A program made the position numbers and the translations under genes. A stretch of DNA of 62,778 nucleotides, the filler included. It is 9 parts of 9 records of this genome, joined end to end, with 100 filler letters (N's around TTAATTAATTAA, not from the genome) between each part and the next. Parts side by side here need not be neighbours in the genome. Positions count along the whole stretch, not along the records: positions 39,365 to 48,113 come from DRR723986_13505; positions 48,214 to 57,541 come from DRR723986_13510; 7 more parts are not named here. One strand, 5' to 3'. The notes under the pieces are model-generated. The model made no database searches. It worked only from the letters and a program-made list of their open reading frames with translations, and had not been told where the DNA came from. Numbering within the stretch: position 1 is the stretch's first letter; each line of letters opens with the position of its first letter. Of the stretch, positions 42,401 to 52,998 are shown one piece after another.

Positions 42401-45400
42401 GCGCTCGTCACGCTGCACCTGGACGGTGACCTGGTGGCGTCGGCGGCGCACAGCGGGCAGAGCGTGGCGAACAAGAACTTCCGGGTGGGCAAGCCGGCGG
42501 CCGCGGCCTTGCAAGGCTTCCAGGGCGTCGTGGACGACGTGGCCGTGTGGAACACGGCGCTCGCGCACGACGACTGCCACAAGCTGTACCGCGCGTGGGG
42601 GGTGGACGCCACGTGGGCGCTGCTGGCGGACGTGGCCCCAGGGGACGTGGCGGACTCGGCGTTCTGGCAGGGCGTGTGCACCGCCGCGGAGGGGCTGGGC
42701 ATGGCCACGGCGAGCGGCGGCGGGGCCGGCGGGTGGGTGGTGCGCGTGGAGGCGGGCGCGCACGCCGACCACTTCCGCGCCCTGTCGGAGGACGTGGGCT
42801 TGTGCGACATGCTCGGCGCGTCCACCGGCCACGCGTGGAGCCCGGCGCGCTACTCGAGCGGCTTTGCGCGCGCGTCCACGGTCGCGTCGGCGTCGGGCCA
42901 CCTCGGGGGAAGCGCCGCCCAGCCCGACGCCGCCTACGGCCGCACCGTTCTGCCGTTCTGGGGGAGCGACAGCGGCGACGCGGCGTTCTCGGGCGCGTGC
43001 ACGGGGCAGTTCGGCGACTGCGAGGCGGCGGCGGTGGCCGGGGTCGCGGCGGCGTGGGGCGAGCCGTTCCGCGTGTGGCTGCAGACCATCCCCGTCGTCG
43101 TGCACGCGGCCACGGGCAGCCTGCTGACGTTCACGGTGCCCGTGGTCAACAACACGGTTGTGAGCAACAGCGGCAGCAGCGGCAGCGGCAGCTTCTACAC
43201 GGCGGTGTTCTTCACGTCGGTGGTGGACGACACGTTCGGGGCGTCGGTGGAGGCGGGGGCGTGGCAGGACGCGGCGGGGCACGCGACGGGCGCCGTGGCG
43301 GCGGCGGACAAGACCGTGCAGGTGGACTCGGTGTTCCCGTCGGTGGTGGTGACGCTGCTGACGGGGGCCGGGCCCACGAACGTGGCGACGATGCAGTGGA
43401 ACGTCAGGTTCTCGGAGCCCGTGACGGGGTTCCTCGCGTCCAAGGCCACGCTGTCCACCACGGCCACGTACGAGGCCAAGCGCATCCAGTCCACGGTCAC
43501 GAGCTTCCGCGAGTACGTGGTGCAGGCCACGGCGCTCAGCGACGGCAACTTCACGCTGATCATGGCGTCGGGGGCGCTGACGGACGTGGCGGGCAACCCG
43601 CTGATCCCGTCCAACACGGACCAGACCGTGCTGATCGACGTGACGGCGCCCACGGCCACCGTGGCCCTGCTCACGAGCACGCCGCTGCAGACGCTGTACG
43701 TGACGCAGCGCGAGCAGGTGACCATGCGGTGGCTGATCACGTTCTCGGAGCCCATCGTGGGCTTCAACACCTCCGAGCTGGACCTGACGTCGCGCACCGT
43801 CAACTCGGCGCCCTTCAACTCCACGCTGGCGCTGGTGGCGTCCAGCGCCGACCGCTACTTCACCGTGGAGCTCAACACGACGGTGTCCGGCAGCTTCCGC
43901 GTGCGCGTGATGAGCGGCACGGTGACCGACCGCGCGATGCTGCCCGTGGGCGACTCCAACGTCAACCAGTTCGCCCAGGTGCAGTGGGACGCCACGCTGA
44001 CGGCGCTGTCGTTCTCGCCCACCATCGCGCTGACGCCCGGCTTCTCGGCGTCCAAGACCGCCTACTCGGGCGTGCTGGGCGTGCTGTACGACTCGTTCAC
44101 GGTGTCGCTGACGTCCGCCGACCCGGGCGCCGCCGTGGTGGTCAACGGCGAGGTGGTGCCGAGCGGCGGCACGTCCAGCCCCATCAGCCCGCCCGTGGGC
44201 AACAGCGAGTGGGCGATCGCGGTGACCGGCGCGGACGGCTACAGCTCCGAGACGTACACGCTGAGCCTCGTGCGCGAGGTGGCCGAGGACGCCGCCGAGC
44301 GCGCGGCCATGGACGCGGCCTGCGCGAGGGGCGCGCTGTTCCCCGAGGCTTCCGGGTGGTGCGACGACGCCACGAAGATGTGCTTCTGGGAGGGCGTCAC
44401 GTGCTCCAGCCCCCTGGGCATCGTGCAGGCCATCGCGCTGCCCAACCTCGGCCTGACCGGCACCATCCCCTCGGAGCTCGGCGCGCTGTCCGAGCTCGCC
44501 GTGCTGCAGCTCAACGACAACCAGCTGGAGGGCGAAGTGCCCGCCGCGCTGGCCGGCGCGCCCCTCCTCACCCTGCAGCTGCAGAACAACTACCTCGCGG
44601 GCGAGCTGCCGGACGCCGTGCTGGACCTGATCACCCTGGACACGCTGGTGTGCTACAACACCTGGCTCACCACCGCGGAGTGCGCGCCCGCGCGCGTGCA
44701 GGGCGCCGTGTCGTACACGCTGAGCTCCGAGGTGGAGATCATCCTGTCCCTGGACGGTCCGCTGGACGAGGGCGCGCTGCGCGCCGCCATCGTGGGTGCC
44801 GTGGACGCCGACCTGGACGACGCGGACGTGTCCATCACCTCGGTCGAGCTCGTGGGCAAGAAGGACTACATCGTGGCCTTCTCGGTGGAGGCCGGCGACG
44901 AGGACGAGCTGGCCGTGATCACCGACGCGCTGACCTCGGCGCTGTCCGACGACGGCGGTGCGGTGCTCGTCACCGAGCTGCGCAAGCAGGGCATCACCGC
45001 GGCGTCGCTGGAGGTGACCTCGCAGCCGACGCAAGGCAGCACGGTCCGACTGGAGCCGCCCGGGGCGGTGAGCGCGTGGGCGGACTCGAACACGGGCTAC
45101 CGCCGCGTCACGGGCACGCTGCGCTGGGCGCGCGCCGCGAACGAGGACAGCATCCTGCGCTACCTCGTGTTCCTCGCCAACGACAAGGGCGAGAGGCTGA
45201 GCGCCACGGAGCTGGCGTCGGTGCCCGTGGAGGCCGGCTCGCTGGAGATCACGCTGACCGACGCGGACGTTGGCGCGGCGACGCAGTTCCTGGTGTACTC
45301 GGCGGCGGGCGACCTGCGGGGCGGGCCCGTGTCGGTCGCCATCGGAGACCTGGTGGCGCCCACGTTCACGCTGCAGCCCACCACCACGGACCTGGTGCAC

Positions 45401-47728
45401 GGCGGCTCGGGCACGCTGACCGTGTCGGTGCAGGCGGGCGACACGTCGAGCGGCGTGGTGTACGACTGGCTCAAGTGGGACGGCGCGCAGTTCGTCAGCA
45501 TCGGCGTGGCGTCGAGCAAGCTGGACCTCGGCCAGATCGGCTTTGCCGACGCGGGGACGTACAGGGTGCGCGTCTCGCTGGCGTCCAACTCGTCCGTGTC
45601 CACCGTCTCGGGGGACATCTCTGTGCAGGTGTTCGGCGAGCCCTCCCTCGCGGACTCGCTCAGCGCGAGCACGCAGATGACGCGGGTGGGCGACGTGGTG
45701 GAGCTGTCGGTCAACGCGACGCGCGTGGTGGCGGACACGGCCGTGGTGGCCAAGGCGGAGGCGGCGGCGGGCCACAAGGCCAACGACGCCTCGGGCCTCA
45801 CGTTCCAGTGGTACAAGGACAACTCCCCCCTGGACGGGGAGGTGTCGTCCACGCTGGTGGTCAGCAGCTTCGACTTTGACAACGTGGGCACGTACACGTG
45901 CTGCGTCAGCGACGGGCCCGCCAAGGCGTGCAGCGCGGCGTACAAGCTCCTGGCGGACTACTGCACCGCCGACGCTTGCAGCGGCAACGGCGAGTGCGTC
46001 AGCTTCGGCAACGGCTTCTACTGCAGCTGCAACGAGGGGTACTCGGGCTCGGACTGCTCCGTGGAGCCGCCGCAGGACACGGGGTGCGCGGACGGGTCAC
46101 GCGAGGGGTTCGCGGACGCCGCGCTGTTCCCCAACGTGGCGGCGTGCGCCGGGTCTTTCGCGGACCACGTGGCCGCGCGCGACGCGCAGGCGATCTGCGC
46201 CAGGGGCTTCCACGTGTGCTCGGGGGCGCTCCGGGTGGACGCGGAGACGCTGGCGGGCGTGTCCATCGACGACGCGCTGGGCTTCGACGGGTGCTTTGCA
46301 ATGGACGCGGCGCACAACAACGGCGGGTGCGCGGCGTGCGCGGCCAACCGCCAGCAGGACCAGATGGGCGCGGTCGGGCGCGACTGCCCCCGCGCGGCGG
46401 CCGCGGGCGAGGACACGTCGTGCCTGGGCAGCGGGCGCGTGGACGCCGTGGCGTCGTCGGGCGACTACCTCACCGGCACGGCGTGCGCCTCCAAGCCCTG
46501 GGTCACGGGCGTGGTGTGCTGCGCCGACAGCCACGAGCACGCGCCCGCGCCCGTCTCGCGCCTGGCGCTGTTCGCGTCGCTGCAGTCCGGGTGGGGCGAG
46601 CGCGTCAACGACGACGACGAGCCCAACTTGCCGCCCATCATGTTCCGCAACGACCACTTTGCGTTCCTGCAGGGCGCCATGGAGGGCGGCGACTTTGGGC
46701 GCGAGAACCCCGTGCTGCAGCTGGAGGCCGGCTACGAGCCCCTCGCCGCCCACGGCGGGCACGTGTTCGTTGCCACCACCGCCGCGGACGAGGCCGACCG
46801 CAACCACGCCACCGCGCGCCTGCTCGTGCACGTGACCAAGTCCGGGCTCGTGTTCGTCGACATGGAGCCCGTGCTCAAGGTGGCGTCCGTGTCGCTGGAC
46901 GGAGTCCGCTTCGCCCACGCCGACACCGCCGCCGAGTTCTCGCCGCTGGCGCTGCGGGGCGGCCTGGTCGCCGCGGACGCGGTCCAGTACGCGTCGCCGT
47001 CGTTCTACCGCAGCGCCGACGGCGTCGTGTTCCTGGCGGGCGTGGTGCGGGTCTCGGACGAGGCCGCGTGCGCGTCCGGCGGCACAACGACGTGCGTGGT
47101 CGCGGACGTGCCCGCCGCCGCCATGCCGCCCAACTGGAGCGCCGGGTCCGCCTACTTCCCCGTCGTGGCGTCGTCGCCGGGCGTGCACCTCGAGTGGCAC
47201 GGCGGCAACAGCACGCTGACGCTGTCCCCGGGCGCTGCGACGGGCGACCTGCTGTTCCTGGACTCGGTGTTCGCCGTGCCCCTCGGCCCGTCCACGCCGA
47301 ACGCGATGGACGTGGTGTCGCTGTCGCCGCCGTGGTTTGCCGACGTGGCCGCGGTGCGCGCCGTGCGCCTGTCGGACAACAGCGTCGTGCTGGGCGGGCG
47401 CGCGTTCTTCGACCCGACGTCCGGCGGCTCCAACCCGCGCACAGTGTCGTTGGGCACCCTGGCACAGGCCTTCCGCCCCACTTTCGTGGTCAAGCGCCCC
47501 GTGGCGTGCCAGGTCGGGCCGACGCGCGACGCGTGCACCCTCACCCTCCTGCCCGACGGCACGATGTGGGTCGGCGTGGGTGACGCGTACGGCAGCGACG
47601 CCAGCGACGGGTTCTGGGTCGCTGTGGACGGCGTGGCGTTTGGTGGGTACGTGCACCAGACTTCTGTTGAGGTGTCCGGCTCGGCGACCGTTTCCGTGCT
47701 GGGCGCTGCAGCGATCAACTTTTCGTGA
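39459..47728 (+). CDS. Large exon of a giant eukaryotic extracellular mosaic protein (LamG, bacterial-type Ig-like, cadherin-like beta-sandwich, LRR, Ig, EGF, Cys-rich, phage tail-fibre-like repeats). N-terminus missing
   Basis: About 2750 open codons with strong G/C third-position bias. LamG: DDVRLWDRAL, DGAWHHVVV. Big: DTTAPT...FSEPVTGF...DVAGN. LRR: LTGTIPSELGALSELAVLQLNDNQLEG. EGF: CSGNGECV...CSCNEGYSGSDC. Confidence 0.85.
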
Positions 47729-47744
47729 GAGATACAGCGTGTAC

Positions 47745-48113
47745 GAGAGCGAGAGAGAGCGTGTGAGAGTGAGTGTGTGTACAAGTGTGCGCGTGTGTGT
47801 GGGTGTGTGTTCTTCCTTGGTGGTTGCTGCCGGCTGATTGTGGTGTGAAGTTCGGAATTGCAACTTTCAACCACGACACACAACGTGGTCTGTTCGCAAA
47901 ATACTGTGAGATTGTTGTCGATTCTCCTCGATTCAACACACCCACAATCCCACGCGCACAGCACACCACGCCACGCCATCGCGTACCAACACCAACGTGC
48001 GGGAAGGGGGGCTTTCCAGGAAAATTGAATTCCACAGAGGAGTATTCGAGAACACCGGCGAGAGAGAGGGTGGGCAGTGTGTTGTGTGTTGTGTGCCGTG
48101 TGCCGTGTGCTGT
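47745..48113 (+). repeat. Low-complexity (GA)n/(GT)n microsatellite-rich intron or UTR sequence
   Basis: GAGAGAGAG and GTGTGTGT runs, an abrupt GC drop after the exon, and no credible ORF. Confidence 0.75.
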
Positions 48114-48213
48114 NNNNNNNNNNNNNNNNNNNNNNNNNNNNNNNNNNNNNNNNNNNNTTAATTAATTAANNNNNNNNNNNNNNNNNNNNNNNNNNNNNNN
48201 NNNNNNNNNNNNN

Positions 48214-48364
48214 CCCGGGCCGCGATTGTCTCGAAGCGGTCGGGCGCGATCCAGTACATCTCTTCGCCCGGCTCGCGGCGCTGCGGCTGTGTCCCGATGC
48301 CGTGAAAATTCAATATGACGTATCGCATGGGGGCGCGGGGCCGCTCGGTAATTGTTTCGGGCAT
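48214..48364 (-). CDS. Polysaccharide deacetylase family protein, N-terminus (3' truncated)
   Basis: VILNFHGIG...EPGEEMYWIAPDRF is typical of the region preceding a NodB domain. EPS context supports the call. Confidence 0.6.
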
Positions 48365-48429
48365 CCTTATGGGATAACGCTGCCCCGGTCAAAAGATCCC
48401 TTTACGCCGCCGCCGCGAGAGCCATTGAT

Positions 48430-49413
48430 ATGCCAGACAATTTTCCGGAACTCTCGGTCATCGTGGTCAGCTACAACACGCGGCAGATGACACTAGAGTG
48501 CCTTGCCTCGCTTTATGCGCAGACAGAGGCCCGGATCGAGGTGGTGGTGGTCGACAATGCCTCGGACGACGGCTCCGCCGAGGCCATCGCAGAGGCCTTT
48601 CCGCAGGCCGTGCTGATCGCCGAGACGGTCAACCACGGTTTCGCCGCCGCGCATAGCATCGCGCTGCCGCATTGCCGGGCCGACTGGCTTTTGCTTCTGA
48701 ACCCCGACACGGTGGTTCTGGACGGGGCCATCGACCGGCTCTTGGCCTTCCGCGACGCCCGTCCCGGGGCGGGGATCTGGGGCGGACGGACGCTTTTCGC
48801 GGACGGGCGGCTCAACCCGGCCTCCTGCTGGCACCGCATGACGCCGTGGTCGCTGGCCTGCCGCGTGGTCGGGCTGAACGCCCTCTTTCCGCGGTTGGAA
48901 TGGATCAACCCCGAGCCCTACGGCACCTGGCCACGCGACAGCGTGCGCGAGGTCGACATCGTGAGCGGCTGCTTCTTCCTGATCGCGCGCGAGACATGGG
49001 ACCGGCTGGGCGGTTTCGACCCGGTCTTCGTGATGTACGGCGAAGAGGCCGATCTCTGCCTGCGGGCCAAGGCGATGGGCTGGCGCCCGGCGATCACGCC
49101 GGATGCGGTCATCGTGCATTACGGCGGCGCTTCGGAGAAGGTCCGGTCCGACAAGATGGTCCGCCTGCTGCGCGCCAAGGCGGAACTGGTGAAGCGACAC
49201 TTCGCCCCCGGCACGCGAAGGCTGGGGCTGGCCCTGCTGGCACTCTGGCCGTGGTCGCGGGCGCTGGCCTGCCGGGTGCTCGCGCTGGCCGGACGCGAGG
49301 GCTTCGCCACGCGCGGCGCCGGCTGGCGCGAGATCTGGCAGCGGCGCTCGGAATGGCGGAACGGCTTCGCCGCCGCCCCGCAGGGCACATCAGACCCGGT
49401 CACGCCGACCTGA
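48430..49413 (+). CDS. Glycosyltransferase family 2
   Basis: SVIVVSYN, VVDNASDDGS, LLLNPD and GGFDPVFVMYGEEADLC motifs. Confidence 0.92.
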   Translation: MPDNFPELSVIVVSYNTRQMTLECLASLYAQTEARIEVVVVDNASDDGSAEAIAEAFPQAVLIAETVNHGFAAAHSIALPHCRADWLLLLNPDTVVLDGAIDRLLAFRDARPGAGIWGGRTLFADGRLNPASCWHRMTPWSLACRVVGLNALFPRLEWINPEPYGTWPRDSVREVDIVSGCFFLIARETWDRLGGFDPVFVMYGEEADLCLRAKAMGWRPAITPDAVIVHYGGASEKVRSDKMVRLLRAKAELVKRHFAPGTRRLGLALLALWPWSRALACRVLALAGREGFATRGAGWREIWQRRSEWRNGFAAAPQGTSDPVTPT

Positions 49414-49492
49414 TCCAGCCCGCGCTGGACGCATCCCGCCCCGATCCTGTATCCCGGGCAACGACCCCAGAGCCGCGAGGAGGCCGCAAGAG

Positions 49493-50869
49493 GTGGTTTC
49501 GATAGACCGCGCCCCCGCAACGGCCGCCACCCCCCTGCCGCCCCTGTCGGACAGGGGGCCGGGCGCGCATGGGCTGATCGTGCTCTTCGTGGTGCTTTTG
49601 CTGATCCCGCTGTCCTTCGACCTCGGCCCGATGCGGCTGACGCCCTATCGTGTGCTGCTGCTGCTGCTCTGCGTGCCCTATGCGCTGCGCGTGCTGGGCG
49701 GCCGGGTCGGCGGGGTGACGATCACCGACATCCTCATGGTCCTCTACGGCATCTGGATGTTCGTCTCGCTCTTTGCGGTGCACGGGACGGAGCGTGTGGC
49801 CTTTGCCGGGATCTCTTCGGTGGAACTGCTGGGCGGCTACTTCGCTGGCCGGGTGCTGATCCGCGGGCCCGGGGATTATCGCTTCTTCTTCAAGGTCCTC
49901 TTCGTGGCGCTGCTCTGCCTTCTGCCCTTCGCGCTGATGGAGGCGGTCAGCGGAAAGCTGATCATTCCCGACCTCCTGCGCCCGCTGGGCGAGACGCCGG
50001 TCCGCGCTCGGACCGCCTATGGCCGCATGGGGCTGGAGCGGGTCTACCTCGTCTTCGACCACCCGATCCTCTACGGGCTGTTCTGTTCGGTCCTGATGAC
50101 CAACCTCGTGCTGATCGCCCGCAACGGCTTCGGCATGGTGGTGACGGGGGGCGTCGCACTCCTTGCCGCCGGGCTGTCGCTGTCGGCGGGACCGCTTCTG
50201 GCCTGCATGCTGCAGATCATCATGCTGGGCTGGTTCTGGGTCATGAAGGGCCGCTGGAAGCTGCTGATCCTACTGACCGGCCTGCTGTACCTGCTCTTCG
50301 TCATCGCCGCCGAGCGCAGCCTTGCCTCCTTCGTGATCGAGAAACTGACGTTCAATTCGAACACCGGCTGGATCCGGCTGGCGGTCTTCGATCACGCCTG
50401 GCGCAACGTGTGGCAGCATCCGGTCTTCGGGCTGGGCTTCAACGATTGGGCCCGTCCCGGATGGCTGACCAGTTCGATCGACAACTTCTGGCTTCTGAAC
50501 GCGGTGCGCCATGGGCTGCCCGCCATGGCCGTCGCGATCGCGATCTACGCCACGCACATCCTGCGGACCGCCCTGAAGCCGCTGACCACGCCCGAATGGA
50601 ACCGGCTGCGCGTGGCCCACCTGATCCCCCTCGTGGCCACCGGCTTCACCCTGACCACGGTGCACATCTGGGGCTCCCTCTTGGTTTTCGTGATGTTCTA
50701 CATCGGCGCCGGAGCCTGGCTCTACACGGCGGCCGAGCCCTCGGCGGAAGGAGAGGCCGCCGCGGCGCCCGTCGAAGGGCAGGGCCGGGCGCCGCGCTAC
50801 ACCCGCTTTCCCGCCGCCGGGGCACCCGCCCGCAGGCCTCCGCTGCCGGTCCGGCCCGGTCCCGCATGA
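49493..50869 (+). CDS. O-antigen ligase / Wzy-like polysaccharide polymerase
   Basis: Many TM segments, FDHPILYG, HPVFGLG and SIDNFWL motifs. Confidence 0.8.
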   Translation: MVSIDRAPATAATPLPPLSDRGPGAHGLIVLFVVLLLIPLSFDLGPMRLTPYRVLLLLLCVPYALRVLGGRVGGVTITDILMVLYGIWMFVSLFAVHGTERVAFAGISSVELLGGYFAGRVLIRGPGDYRFFFKVLFVALLCLLPFALMEAVSGKLIIPDLLRPLGETPVRARTAYGRMGLERVYLVFDHPILYGLFCSVLMTNLVLIARNGFGMVVTGGVALLAAGLSLSAGPLLACMLQIIMLGWFWVMKGRWKLLILLTGLLYLLFVIAAERSLASFVIEKLTFNSNTGWIRLAVFDHAWRNVWQHPVFGLGFNDWARPGWLTSSIDNFWLLNAVRHGLPAMAVAIAIYATHILRTALKPLTTPEWNRLRVAHLIPLVATGFTLTTVHIWGSLLVFVMFYIGAGAWLYTAAEPSAEGEAAAAPVEGQGRAPRYTRFPAAGAPARRPPLPVRPGPA

Positions 50870-51768
50870 GCGGCGCTGGCGACCCATCGCAGAGCCCGCG
50901 CGTCTGCGTCGTCGTGCCCTGCTTCAACCGCGCCGACACGGTGGCCGAGGCCATCGAAAGCGTGTTGGGGCAGGGGTTTCGGGACCTCGAGGTGATCGCC
51001 GTCGACGACGGCTCGACCGATGACAGCCGGGCGGTCATGGACGCGCTCGACGATCCCCGGCTGCGCTGCCTGCAAAACCCCGGCAAGGGGGTCTCTGCGG
51101 CCCGCAACCATGGCGCCGCCGCAAGCCGCGCGCCGTGGATCGCCTTTCAGGACAGCGACGACCTCTGGCTGCCGGACAAGCTGGAAAAGCAGATGGCCCG
51201 GCTGGAGGGCAGCGATTGCGTCGCCGCCTATTGCGGCATGGCGGTCAAGCCCGACACCGACCCCGCCACCCCGGTGATGCGCCGCTACCCGGACCCCGCC
51301 GCCCCCGCGCCAGAAGGCGACATCCTGTCCGCGCTGCTGCGCGGCAGCTTCCTGTCGACGCAGATGCTGGTGATCCGCCGCGACGTCTTCGAGGCGGTGG
51401 GCGGCTTCGACGAGGCCTTGGGCGCGCTGGTCGACTGGGAGCTGATGCTGCGCGTGGCGCAACGCGGCCCGGTGGCCTGCGTCGACGAGGATCTGGTGGT
51501 GCAGCGCATGTCGCCCAATTCCATCACCCGCTCGTCCCGCAGGCGGCTGGAGGCGCAGGAATACATCCTCGCCAAACACGCCGCCCTGCTGGACCGCTTC
51601 CCCGGGGCGCGCGCGCATCACCACCACCGGATCGCCGGGGCCTACCGGCTCGCCGGAGAGATCCGGCCGGCCCTGCCCCATGCGATGCGCGCGCTCCGGA
51701 TCGCCCCGTTCACGCCACGCTACATGCTCACCCTGCTCCGGCTCTGCCTGCTTCGCGCGGTGCGCTAG
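50866..51768 (+). CDS. Glycosyltransferase family 2
   Basis: VVVPCFNR, VDDGSTD, AFQDSDD and GGFDE motifs. ATGA coupling to the previous gene. Confidence 0.92.
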   Translation: MSGAGDPSQSPRVCVVVPCFNRADTVAEAIESVLGQGFRDLEVIAVDDGSTDDSRAVMDALDDPRLRCLQNPGKGVSAARNHGAAASRAPWIAFQDSDDLWLPDKLEKQMARLEGSDCVAAYCGMAVKPDTDPATPVMRRYPDPAAPAPEGDILSALLRGSFLSTQMLVIRRDVFEAVGGFDEALGALVDWELMLRVAQRGPVACVDEDLVVQRMSPNSITRSSRRRLEAQEYILAKHAALLDRFPGARAHHHHRIAGAYRLAGEIRPALPHAMRALRIAPFTPRYMLTLLRLCLLRAVR

Positions 51769-51801
51769 AGCCACGCCGCACCCCTGTCACAAAGGACCGC
51801 C

Positions 51802-52998
51802 ATGCCCCTTCCGCCGATCCCGAACCGCGCCCAGATCCGGTCCGTCCTGCTTGCCGTCCTGCTGGCTCTTGGGGGACCGGCCCTTGCCCGGGATCACGCG
51901 GTCTCTCCCGGTGACGACATCGCGGAACTGCTGCACGGTGGGCAGGTGCGGCCCGGAGACCGGCTGATCCTGAAGGACGGCAGCTACGGGGGGCTGAAGA
52001 TCCGCAACGTCTATTTCAAGGCCCCGGTGGAGATCCGCGCCGAGAACGCCGGGAAGGCCGTGTTCCACGGCATCTACATCGACAAGAGCCGCAACCTGAC
52101 CCTGCACGGCCTGAGCGCATGGGAGCACAAGGCCGACAACGAACGGGTCCTCGTCATGGCCGGCAGGCAGTCCGAGGATATCCGCTTCGTCGGTCTCGAC
52201 GTCCGCGGGCACCCGGATGCGCCCGGAACCTATCAGGGCTGGAGCGCAAAGGACTGGAAGACATGGGCCGCCTCGGGTGTCCGGCTCTACGGTGTCCGCA
52301 ACGCGCTGGTCGACAGCACGATCACCGCCACGAGCTTTGCCATCACGGCCAACAACAGCCATGCCGAGATCATCGGCAACCGCGTGGAGGGCTTCAGCGG
52401 CGACGCGATCCGGGCCCTTGGCGATCATGCGCGGGTGATCGGCAACCGCGTCAGGGACTGCGTCAAGATCAACGGCAACCACGACGACGGCTTTCAGTCC
52501 TGGGCCGGGAAGGACAAGGATGGCAAGATCCGCGCCCAGCGGGATCTGGTGCTGCGCGACAACGTCATCGTCGAATGGACCGGTCCCCGGGATGCGCCGC
52601 TGCGCTGCTCGCTTCAGGGGATCGCGCTGTTCGACGGCCCCTACGACGGCGTGGAGATCGTCAACAACATCATCGCCGTCAGCGCCTACCACGGCATCGC
52701 CGTCTATGGCGGCCAGAACGGCCGGGTGACGCACAACACCGTGGTCACGCCGGACGGCATGCCCGCCAAGAGCCCATGGATCCTCGTGCGGGACAGCAAG
52801 AACGGCAAGGTCAAGCCCGAGAACATGGTCGTCTCGAACAACATCGCCATGGCGCTCAAGGGGCTGGCCGCGAAATCGCGGAGCAATGCCGTCTCCCGCT
52901 ATCCGGCCCGCGTGTTTCTGGATCCGCTGAACTTCGACTACCGCATACGCCCGGACGGGCCGCTGGCCGGGCTGGACATGGGCGCCCATGTGCCCTGA
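51802..52998 (+). CDS. Secreted right-handed parallel beta-helix protein (pectin-lyase-like fold)
   Basis: Signal peptide ending ALA, PGDRLILKDGSY, Asn-ladder repeats, NHDDGFQ and FLDPLNFDYR motifs. Confidence 0.8.
   Translation: MPLPPIPNRAQIRSVLLAVLLALGGPALARDHAVSPGDDIAELLHGGQVRPGDRLILKDGSYGGLKIRNVYFKAPVEIRAENAGKAVFHGIYIDKSRNLTLHGLSAWEHKADNERVLVMAGRQSEDIRFVGLDVRGHPDAPGTYQGWSAKDWKTWAASGVRLYGVRNALVDSTITATSFAITANNSHAEIIGNRVEGFSGDAIRALGDHARVIGNRVRDCVKINGNHDDGFQSWAGKDKDGKIRAQRDLVLRDNVIVEWTGPRDAPLRCSLQGIALFDGPYDGVEIVNNIIAVSAYHGIAVYGGQNGRVTHNTVVTPDGMPAKSPWILVRDSKNGKVKPENMVVSNNIAMALKGLAAKSRSNAVSRYPARVFLDPLNFDYRIRPDGPLAGLDMGAHVP

Noticed and set aside
39386-45775. 2129-aa antisense ORF and other >500-aa alternative-frame ORFs over the giant exon
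   Set aside because: They give Arg/Gly/Ala/His-rich translations with no domains, the expected shadow of extreme G/C third-position bias in the true frame.
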